Shown: one piece after another, positions 32,633-43,200 of the stretch
Layout: each line of letters opens with the position of its first letter
Position numbering within the stretch: the stretch's first letter is position 1
Origin: Rhizaria sp. SCN 62-66
Taxonomy: Eukaryota
Direction of reading: 5' to 3'
Length of the DNA stretch: 57,196 nucleotides
NCBI GenBank assembly: GCA_001724265.1
Contig: MEDY01000170.1
Location: 1-57,196, forward strand
Translations under genes and position numbers: made by a program
Notes under the pieces: model-generated
What the model was told of the DNA's origin: nothing
The model's database searches: none
What the model saw: only the letters and a program-made list of their open reading frames with translations

Positions 32633-35600
32633 TCACTGTTTCTCGCTCTTCCGCCCCCTAGTCGATCCCCTCGTGACTGGAGCCGCGGCATGCGCAGCTC
32701 TCTCCAGCGTCGCCGCGTCCGCGCTCCACCCATGCTCCCAGCGCGTCCACACGCGCCGTTCGCGGGGCCAGCGCTTGAACCCGGCCGGCGCGCGCGCGCC
32801 CCACGCAACGCCCGAGGCCAGCAGCCGCGTTAGCACGGCGTGCTCCGCCAGCCGCGCGCCGTACACGCGTGCGCCGGGCGCCGCCAGGGCCGTGCAGCGC
32901 GCCAGCAGCGCAGAGGCGGCGGCGGCGGCCGCGGGCGACGGCGCGGGCCGGCCCACCCTGCGCACAACAAGGCTCGAGTTCGCGCTAGCGGCCGCACCAG
33001 AGCTAGAGTCGACACCGATCGCAAGGCTGGAGTCTGAAGCCGCCGACTCAGTGCTTGCGGCGCCGTTCCCGTCGCTACGGGTGGAGGACGTGGAGCTGGG
33101 GCGGGCGCGGATGCGGAGGCAGGGCACGCCGGCGACGGCCTGGGCTTGCGACAGCAGCGCTGCGGGCAGCAGCAGCGAGGGCAATGCGGCGCCGGACTCG
33201 TGCGGCTGCAAGTGCGACGACCACCGCATTGGGGCCCGCAAAAGCGAGTGGGGCTGCGTGAGTGCGCCGTAAGGCTGCGACCGGGACTGGGACTGCGAGT
33301 CGAAGCGCGAGAGCGACAACGCGTGCGGGGGTGGCGAGGCAAACACGGTGGGCGACGACGACAGCGACAGCACTGGCGCAAAAGCAGGAGAGCCGTCGAC
33401 GGTGTCAGCGTCAGCTCCAGCGTTACCGGCCGTCGTCGTAGGCGCAATCCCGCGTGCACTGGCGCAGTCGGCGCTCGCGCTATTGAGATCATCGCGTGCG
33501 GTGCACAGCGCGGCGACAAACGCACCCCACTCCGCATAAGCGCCACGCCTGCGACGGTGGGCAGCGACACTGTTGCTATTGCGGCCATGAGCACGGTGAT
33601 CGGCATCGTTGTCGCGCATATCGTCGCCGATATCGTTGTTCTCGGCACCGCAGTCGCTGTCATCGCCACTGTCACCACTGCCGTCTTCGTCTTCTTCCCC
33701 GTTGAAGGAGACATACGGCAGCCCCAGCTGCGTGTCGTCGGTTGCCAGGAGCACCAGCCCCAGCGCGCGCGCCGCCCGCACGTCTCTGGGCCCGAGCCCC
33801 AGCCCCAGCCGCGCCACGGCCGCGGCCGCCGCAGTCGCCGCAGTCGCCGCATCCGCGCCCGCAGCGGCGTCAGCGGCGGAGAGCTCGAACGCGGAGGCCA
33901 CGGCTCGCGCGAGCTCGGCGCCGCGGCCGTGAAGCGTGTGTGGCAGCGGCAGCGCGCGCGCGGGCCGCGGCGGCGGCGCCAGCGCGGGCGGCGGCGGTGA
34001 CCGCAGGCCGAGACCCGCGGCCGCTGTCGGGCCCGCCCCCGCGGCGCTGGACGGCGAGAGCGCGAAGGAGTGCGACTGGGGGGAGGCGGCGCGGGGCACG
34101 GCTAGCGAGAGCGCGAGCGCGGGCGCTGCGGGTGACTGGCGGCCGCTGTGCTGCTGATGTTGCTGGTGCTGGTGCTGGACGTGGCTGGCGTTGCTGTTGC
34201 TGTTGACGTTGCTGCTGTTGTTGTTCGCGTGCATGTGTGGCGGAGGCGAACGGAGAGCAAAAGCCGAGTTTGGGGAGCCGATGCTGGTCCTGCTGTTGCC
34301 ATTGTATGCGCTGACACCCGTCTGCAACTGATACTGAGGCGGCGCTTGCGACTGCTATTGGGACATCGGCTGAGACCGCATGGCTGCTTGTGCCTGCAGC
34401 TGCTGCGCGCGCGCCGCGAATGGCGAAAGCATCGGCCGGGTCGCGCCGTGCGCGCCGTGCCTCGCTGCCGTCGCCGTCGCCGTCGCAGAGACGTGGGCGA
34501 GAGAGGACGCCGACGCAGAGAGCGGGAGCGCGGAGGACGACGTCGACGACGCAGCGACGGCGGCTAACATCAGCGCCGCAGCGCTGCGGCCCGTCGTCGT
34601 CGACGGCCGGGCCGGCACTTGCACTGGTGCCGCAGTCGCCCACTTCTGACTCTGGTTGTAGCTATGATTTATCTGTTGTTGATGCTGCGGCAAAACATGT
34701 CCATGCTTTTCCCGTTGATTTTGATGCGCATGCTGCGATAGTATTGTCTGACTCTGATGCTGATGGTGCTGATACAATGTCTCTTGCTGCACTTGTTGCT
34801 GCTGCTGCTGCAAGATGAGCTGTTGCTGCTGATGATGATGCTTTTGCTCCTGCTCTTGCTGTTGCTGTTGCCTTTGAGCCACCTGCGCCATGTGGTGCAG
34901 CTGCACGCTCTGCGGGAGACCGAGGGACTGCCGCAGCCGCTGCTGCCGCTCCTCCTCCAGCCGCTCCAGCTGCTCCGGCGTCGGCGGCGCCGCTGCGTTG
35001 TTGCGCGCTTTGGGGTCCGAGGCCTGCTGCGGGGAGCGCATGCTTGAGCGTCTTGTGCGCATATTCGTCGGGGATTGCGTTTTTGAATAAATGATTGATG
35101 ATACTGGCGATGTTGCCGTTACTGTGGATGCTATCGCGGGCGATACTGCTGATTCCTCGTGTGGACCAGAGGTGGTGCGAGCGTCACGAGTCTCGCTAAC
35201 ACCGTCGTACTTGGTGGAAATGTCATCATCGTGCACAACAGCACTGCTGCAAACCGAGCCATCGTTGCTGCGCACACCAGCAACAGCGCAACTCGATAGC
35301 GCTGACTTAGCGTTTTCTGGGTTTGCGTCAAGCGAAAGAGCGTCTGAACGACCTGTAGCAGGCTCAGTATCACGATTCACGCTCTCAACTCTTGCCTCCT
35401 CAGTCGCTGCACTGCTTTTAATGCCGCTACTGTCGTTTGGCACAGCCGCTGATTCAGTCGCCTCCGTGAGCAGAGGCACAAGTGGCGCAGCCCGCCTCGG
35501 ACTCGCATAAACGCCGCTATGACTGGAATTCGCAGCTGAAGTCGCAGCATGCGCAGTCGCAGCATGCGCAGTCGCAGCATGCGCAGTCGCAGCATGCGCA

Positions 35601-38600
35601 GTCGCGGCATGCGCAGTCGCAGGAGTCGCAGTCGCTGCAGGCTCAGCAGCAGTCACAGTCAAAGCATGCGCATGTACATTTGCAGCCGCATTCGCAGTCG
35701 CAGATTGTCCCTGCCGCCACCTCGCAGGCGCGGGTGACCGTGCGGGAGCAGCCGCGGCCTTCGGCTTCGCAGCAGCTGCAGCAGCAACAGGCTTGGCCTT
35801 GGCCGGAGTTCCGTACGCGTCGCCGTCATCGTCGAAAGGGAGGTTGTACAGCTCTGCGCGCGCCTGCTCCAGCATCGCCGCGCGCTCCGCAGCAGACATC
35901 TGCACCGCCTCGGCGGCAGTCGCGCGGCGGCCGCGGACGGCGAACTGCGGCTGCGGCGGCGGCGGCAGCGGCGGCAGCGGCAGCGGCGGCGGCGGCAGCG
36001 GCGGCCCAGGCTGAGGGCGCCGCGGCTGCTCCGCGCACTGAGCGCCGGGGGACGCAAACGCACTGCTGCCTCCGCTCCCAGCAGCAGCAGCAGCGATTGT
36101 GAAGGCGGGCGAGACGGGGCGGCGGCGGGCCGCGGCGCGCGCGCGCGCGGGCGTGTGGCTCTTGGCAGCGGCGCGCGCGAGCGGCGGCAGCGGCAGCGCG
36201 CGCGGGAGCAGCTGCGCGAGCAGCGCGCGCGGCGGCAGCCGGCTCGCCGCGAGCGCGGGCGCGGTGAGGCGCAGGAACGCGCGCGCGCCGGTCTCTGCGC
36301 ACGGCGCCGCCGTCACAAACACCGCTGCGTGAAGCAACGGGGGCCGCTGTAGCGCGGCCGCGTCGCTGCCGCCGCTGCTAATGGTGTGTGATTGAGACAC
36401 AAGCAGGCGGCGCTGTGCGCGCGGTGACAGGCCGAGCGAGCGCGCCGCGGCCGCCAGCGCGCGCGCGAGTGCGCGGCGTAGCGGGCGCGACTCCAACAGC
36501 GCCGACCGCGACCGCGACGACGACGGCGACTGCGAGCGTGAGCACTGTAATGCTGGGAAGAACAGAGGCACGTCAACGAAACCTCCTGAGGCAGACGCGG
36601 CTGCACCTCCGCCCCCACTGTCAGTCAGCGACTGCGCCAACGGCGGCGGCAGGAGCAGCAGCCTCAACGCGCGCGCAGGAGCCACAACGCTGCCAACCTG
36701 CGCACCCAGCTTCGTCGAGCCATCGGTGCCGTCGTGAGACATGTGTGTGCGGGCGTGTGCGTGTGCGCACGAGCGTATGCGTGCGCGTGTAAGCGCGAGA
36801 GAGCGCGGGCGCGCGGCGCGGTGCATGCGCGTGAGGGGGTGCACGTCCACCAGCGCCACGGCGCTGCGCCACCGCAAGTCGTCGCTCTCCGCCGCCGCGC
36901 CGGCATTGGCCGCCGCGCCCGCGGCAGTGCCGCCAGCGCCAGAGGCAACGCTTGCAGCTGCGGCGGTGGGCAGCGCCGCCGCCGTGACGGCGAGCACGCG
37001 GCGCGCGGCGCGGGGGCCCGCGCGTGTGAAGACGGGCTGCGCGTTGAAGCCCAGCACGCAGCGCACCAGCGCCGCCGCCAGCGGCAGCGCGCGCAACGTG
37101 CGAGGCTGCGTCTCCTGCAAACGGCGCTCCTCAGGCGCGGCCAGCTGATGCTGCTGCTGCGGATGTTGCTGTGTGAGAGCGGTGGTATTGGCATCAAAAG
37201 GGGACGCGCCGCTATGCGTCTGCGTAAGCTGCGAAAACTGAAGTGCAGACGCAGACGGAGATGAAGACGCGGTACTAGTGGCGACATGCGTGGTGGAGAT
37301 GAAGGGCGGCGGCTGTGGCAGCCCGGCGCGCGCGGCCTCTCGCGCGATGAGTGCGGTGGCCAGCGGCAGCGCCAGGGTCGCGAGCAGCGCGTGCGACGGC
37401 GGCACCAGCGGCCACAGCACACAGCGACACGCGTCTCCAGCGCTGCGGTCAGTGCTGCGGCCTTTACTGTAGTTGTTGTTGTTACTGTTGCTGCCACCGC
37501 TTTGGTTGCTGCTTTTGCTCTTGATGTTATGAGCGCTCGTCGAGTCGCCGTCGGCGTCGTTCTAGCTGTCGCTGCCGTAATCGCAATCGCTGTTAGTCTC
37601 GTCATCACTGTCGGTGAGCGCGCTCTGATCAACAGCATCGCAGTCGCCACTAGCTCCTGACGCTGCGGCAGCCGCGGCGGCCGCGACGGCTGCAGTGGCC
37701 GCGGTGGCCGCCGCGTCGGCTGTAAGCGCCGCGGTAAGCGCCCAAAGCGGGCAGCCGCGCGGGGCCACGCCCGCGGCGCACGCAGCCTCCGTCTCGGTTT
37801 GCGCCGCGCCCGAATCAACCTCGGCGGCGGCGCCGGAGTCGCCGGCGGCCGCGGTCAGCGCTGGTAAGAGCGAGGGCGGGGGCAGGGACGCGACGCCGTC
37901 AGGCAGCAGCGCGTCGCGCAGGTAGCCCGCCAGCACAGCCACGGCCGTCGCCAGACCGACCTGCGAGCGGGCGCCGTTCGAGCTGCTCCCATTCGCATCC
38001 GCGCTTGCGCTCGCACCAGCATTAGCGCTCGTAGAGGCGGAGGCAGCAGCTGGCGGCGAGAGCATGGGGGAGCTGGCGCGCGAACCGACACCGCCGACGC
38101 CGACGCCGACGCAGCTGCCGCCGCCGGGCGGCTGTAGCGGCCACGTCGCCTGCGACTGAGAGGCGCACTCCGCCTGCGAGTCCTGCTGCTGCTGCGACAG
38201 CGCGGGCGAGTGCGACGGGGACTGTAGGGGAGACTCTGACCCAGTGGCGTTGCTCGTGGCGGCGCCGTTGGAGCCGTTGGACTGCAGGTCGGCGAGCGCC
38301 TGAGACAGGTGCGCAGACCGCGCGGCCAACGGTAGATAGTCGCAGCCGCTGGCCGCGGCGGCAACCTGCAGACACAGCAGCAGTGGAGAGACGCCCCACA
38401 GCGCCGCGTGCGGGTTGCGCCGGCACAGGCACAGGCCGTCGCGAAGGGGCGGGTGCCCGTGCGCAGCAGCAGGGGCGTTAGCGGCGATGTGACTGTGGGT
38501 CGATGCCACGCGCACGCACCAGTCGCGCGGCACATCGCGCGCGGTCTCTGTGTCTACCTCGGTATCCGTGGACTCTAATGTGATCGTCGTGTGACGATTA

Positions 38601-39520
38601 TTGTTGTTGATGTTGTTCGGGTTTGCGCTCAGAAACGCCTCCGACTCCGCACTCGCGCTCGCAGTCGCATTTGCGCCGGGCGCGAGCAGCGGCGTGAGCA
38701 GCGGCGCCAGCAGCGGCGCGCGGTGCAAGTCCGCCGTGTCGTACATGATTGCGGTGCCCGCCGCCAGCGAGGCCCTGGTGAGCAGACGCCGGCAGCCCAC
38801 CACAAGCAAGTCGGAGTCCTCGGCCAGGACCGCCGTGACGGCGCCCGCGCGCGCCAGCCGCGCCAGCTGCCCGTCGGCCTCGAAGGGCGCAACCAGCACG
38901 GGCAGCCCCAACGCGCGCAGGGCGAGCTGCCACGCGCGCGCCAGAGTCGGCGTCACGGGCTGGCTCTGCAGCAGCAGGCGCGCCACGGCCGCGCAGTCGC
39001 CCGCGCTCGGCGCAGCCACGCGCGCGCAACTCGCTGCCGAGGCGCCCGGCGCGCTTGCAGCCGCGCTGCCACTACTGTTATTGCTGTTGCTGTTGCTGTT
39101 GCCGTTGTTGTTGCTGTTTTGAGTTGGATAGAGCAGCGCGGCGGTCTGCTTGTGCGCAGCGGCGTCGCGAGCGGCGCGGAGACGCGCGCGCTCGGCGTCC
39201 GTGGCGGCCTTGAGCGGCTGGTCGGCGCCGTCAAACACAAACAGCGGGCGCACGCCGTAGCGGTCGCGCAGCAGCAGCGCGTCGCGCGTGCACAGGTCCA
39301 CGCAGCTCGCGGCGGCCGCGGCGGCCACGGCAGCGGTCAGCGCGGCCGCCGTCGCGGGCAGCGGCGACGGCAGCAGCGAGGACGCGTCGAGCGCAACCGA
39401 GTGTAGCGCGCGGTGCAGCCACGCGTAGGCGTCAACGGCGACAGTGTGACCGCGGAAGGAGGTCAGAGAGACTGGGCGCGCGACTTCGCGCAGCGCGCGC
39501 AGCAGGCCGGTAACGCCCAT
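32633..39520 (-). CDS. EXO1: Exonuclease 1 (XPG/RAD2 family) with long low-complexity C-terminal region, ~2295 aa; two in-frame TAG codons (37562-37564, 34355-34357)
   Basis: XPG-N: MGVTGLL...VAVDAYAWLHRA...LFVFDG. XPG-I: VLVAPFEADGQLARL...AEDSDLLVVGC. H3TH start SGCDYL. Track ORFs 37562..39520, 34355..37420 and 32633..34327 share one frame and are joined only by TAGs; final stop TGA at 32633-32635. Nuclease identity is strong; the full extent depends on TAG read-through. Confidence 0.85.
35541..35615. repeat. 15-bp tandem repeat (GTCGCAGCATGCGCA)x5, coding (TAHAA repeat in EXO1)
   Basis: Four exact copies plus one with a single substitution; unit length is a multiple of 3. Confidence 0.9.
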
Positions 39521-40284
39521 TGCGCGGGCGGGAAACGCAGGAGACGCGGGCGGCGCGCGAGAAAAGACTGTGAAGAGACAGCGCGCCGGGGCGCAGTACT
39601 ATAACGCGCGGGCTAGATGGCTGTGCAAGCGCAAAAGGAAAGAAAAAGTTCTAAGCTTGCTGTGCAGCGATGGGAGAGAAGAGGGCGGGGTGAAGACAAG
39701 GTGTGGGTACAGCGCGACTAGAAAAAGAGAATAACCAAACAAGGGATTGTCTGGTGGAATATGTATAAAAGAATTTGCGGTATTATCGTGAATTTTATTG
39801 CATGACACCAACAAAGGAAACAACGACGATCGCGTTATGTGACTGGAGGTCGATATATCTCACTGGTACTTGGCGCGGCCGGCGACCTGCGACTGGCAGG
39901 GTCTCGAACATCAAAGTTGGCGTCCTGGACAAGAGATATCATCACTTCATCGTGCGTCAAATAGAGTTGCCGCTGATAAAATATGCGTTTGTTATATGAA
40001 TTTTATATGATCCTAATTTGTCACATTCTCACTCCTTCGTTTTTCCCTCCAATTCCTTCGATAGTTTCGCTGGGGCTTTGACATCATCGCGGCCCGCGAA
40101 CTAAGTACGTTTTCTTCTGCGCTGGTCTTAAATCAGTTTAAGTAGCGTTGAATTTCCCACTTGTGTGGTGCCCATAAAGACTTTGTCCAACGTAGATCTG
40201 TATCGCGCGCATCCTTTGTGTTTAGTGCTGCTTTTACCGCGTGTTTGATAATAGTCGCTTGTTTGGCTGAGAAGAATATCAAAG

Positions 40285-43200
40285 ATGGCCGATATGAACC
40301 CCGATACGGACCCGACGAAGTACTGCGTGTGCGAGCTAACCACCGCTGCGGCCAACGCGCTTGCGCGCCGCGAGCTAGAAATGATTCAATGCGAGCTCTG
40401 TCAGAACTGGTACCATGGCGAGTGCTGCGGCTTTACCATCGCCGACATCGCGCTCGACGAGAACTTCATCTGCGGCCTCTGCACCGGCGCCGGCATAAAG
40501 CCCCCGCTGCCGCGCGCGCCGCTGCTGCTGCTTCAAAAGCGCCGCGCCGCCCCGGCCGCCGGGGCCAAGAACTCCGGCGTGCTGTCCGACAGCGATGTCG
40601 AGGTCGTGTCGGCCTCGCGCGTGCCGAGCAAGCCCAAGCCGCCCAAGTCTTCATCCAAGTCATCACCTAAGTCGTCCTCCAAGTCGTCGGCCAAGACGGC
40701 CGTCATTGTCAGCGACATCGAGCTGTCTGACGCCGACGACGACGCCGCAGGAGACGGCGCGGGCGCGGTGTTTGTGCCGGGCGCGGCGTCGGCGGTCAGT
40801 GGGCGCTCGGGCCGGCGCATCAAGCCCTCGCAGCGCGCGGCCGAGCTGGAGACGCTCTTCAGCGCCGCCAGGAAGGGCCGCGGCAAGCACCGCAGGCAGC
40901 AGCTCCGCGCTACTGCCTCGGACTCCGGCTCCAGCTCCAGCTCTAGCTCATCGGACTCGGACTCGAGCTCTAACTCTAGCTCTAGTTCCAACTCTAGTTC
41001 TGACTCTAGTTCTGACTCAAGCGACGGGTCCGACGTGGAGACAACGGGCGTGGTGCGGCCGCCGCGCATCGCGGGCGGCGTCGCGCACGTGTCGCTGCTC
41101 GACGACAGCGACGGCGACGGCGACAAAGAGGCCGCTGCCGTGAGTGCCGCCAAGAAGAGCAAGAGCGGTACCAAGGGCGGCAACGGTAAAGCGAGCAAGG
41201 GAAGCAAGAGCGAGCACAAGCGCAGTCACGACAAGGGCGACTTTGATAGCGAGAGCGACAGCGACGGCGTCGAACTTGTGTTCACTGCCGGCTCGACCTC
41301 GAGCGACTTCGCAACTCCCCATAAGAACGGCCTCAGCGGCTCAAGTGCGAAGAGCAAGAGCAAGGACGCCGCCGCCTCAGCGCAGTCGCAGGTCAACCCG
41401 CGCAAGCGCCTCGCCCCCGCGCGCCCCAGCGCGGCCGGCAGCAGCAGCAGCATCAGCGGCGGCGGCAGTGACGGCGCGGTGCCCGCCGCCCTGCGCGCGC
41501 GGCTGCGGGCGATGCTCGGTGACGCGCTCGCCTTCCTCGGGCCCGCGGACCGCGACCACGATTACTGGCAGCAGCAGGGACAGCAGACTAACAGTGCGAC
41601 GGCGACGGCGACGGCGGCGGTGAGCGGCGGCGGTGTGTTGACGCTGGCGCAGTGCGCGGGCACGCTGGCGACCGCGATCGACGCGGCCGTGTTCGCGGAC
41701 GCGGTCTCGCCCCCGCAGCTCGCCGCGCAGCTCGCCGCCTCCCCCGCTTCGCCTTCGCACTCCCTCTCTGGCGGTGCTGCTGGCGCTGTGGGCAAGAGCC
41801 CCCCGGGGGTGGTGTTTGTGGGTCTTGCCCCCGCGCCCGCCCCCGCTGCCTCTGTCTCGGCTAGTATGGCTGGGGGGGGCGAGGAGAGCGTGGCGGACCG
41901 CTACCGCGCGCGCGTGCGCACGCTGCTGACGGCGCTGCAGGCCCGAGACGCGGGCCATCTGCGCGCGCCGCTGCGCGTGGGGCTGCTGCGGCGCCAGGGC
42001 GCCATTCCGGCCGACAGCCCGCTCCTCGCACTCAGCAGCGGCAGTAGCAGCAGCGGCGGCAGCAGCAGCGCGAGTGCCAGTGCCAGTGCCAGTGCCGACA
42101 GCGATAAGAATGAAGACACGGCCGCAGACGAGTTCGAGGTGCTGGAACTGGAGGTGGCGGCCTTCTGCCGGCTCGACGAAGTCGGGCTGATGGCGCCCGC
42201 GGCGCGGCGCGCGCTGGCGGCGGCGCACGCCGAGGCCATGCGCGACCGCCTCCGCGGCCAGGACGACGACGGCGACGACGACGGCGGCGCGGGGAAGGGC
42301 AAGGGCAAGAAGGGCCGGGCGGGCGCGGAAAGCACGGCCGACGGCGGTGACGGCGGCGGCGGCAGGGAGAGCGGCGACGAGGCGACCGGGGACAGCAGCG
42401 CGCACGACGACGACAACGACGGCGACGAAAAGGGCGGCGGCGCTGGCCACAACAACGGCGACGAAAACAGCGCCGCCGCCGCTTCCTCCTCGTCTCCCAA
42501 GCCCGCGTCGACGCGCCTGCACAGCCCCAAGCCCGCCGCCAGCGCGTCCGGCTCCGGCTTTGCCACGAGCGCGGGCGCGGGCGGTGCGGCTGTGAGCGCG
42601 TTCGTGCCGCCCGCGGTGAGCGCGGCAGCGGCGGCGAGCGGCAACAGCAACCGCGACCACTTTCTCCGCGACGACGACGACGACGTCGACCTCGACTTCT
42701 TCAACGACGGCGACGAGGACGACGGCGGCAGCCGCAGCCACCGGAGCAAGAGAGGCGGCAAGTCGGCGCGCGCGCGCCCCTTGGCGGTGGCGTACAACGA
42801 GAAGCTCGAGAAGGAGCGCGAACAAGAGCTTGCACACCAACAGCAGCAGCAGAAGAAGAAGGCACACGCGCAGGCACAGATGCAGGCGCAAGCGCCGGGC
42901 GACGGCGCCGACTCTGACGACGAGGCCGTGGCCGCCGCGGCGCGGGGCCGCCAGCTCCTCGCGGGCGCGCTCCCGGCCTCGGCCGCCGCCGCCGCCGCCG
43001 CGTCCGCGTCGGCCTTGTCCGCGGGCGCGCGCGCCGCGGCGACGATGCTCGCCCAGGTCTCCTCGCCCGCCGAGCTCTCGGCCACTGCGGCGGCGGCGGC
43101 GGCGCTGCTGGCGGCCGCGACGGGCGACCCCGCGGCGGCCGTGGTCCCGCCCGCGCGCGCGCTGCGACTTGCACTGTCGACGGGCACGCCGCTGCCGAGC

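Noticed and set aside
35541-35615. CRISPR-like or mobile repeat
   Set aside because: Head-to-tail 15-mers with no spacers, inside a coding frame of a eukaryotic gene; no cas or transposase genes in the window.
382-39520. Treating the TAG-separated ORF-track pieces as separate genes or pseudogenes
   Set aside because: The pieces are in frame, lack ATG starts and AT-rich spacers, and show no frameshifts or TAA/TGA nonsense codons. Random decay should not give only TAG. Not fully excluded, because CAG is abundant and one C-to-T change makes TAG.
39527-39535. E2F-like site TTTCCCGCC upstream of EXO1 (similar GGCGCGAAAA near position 45)
   Set aside because: Short motif in GC-rich DNA, only 6 nt from the ATG; cannot be distinguished from chance.
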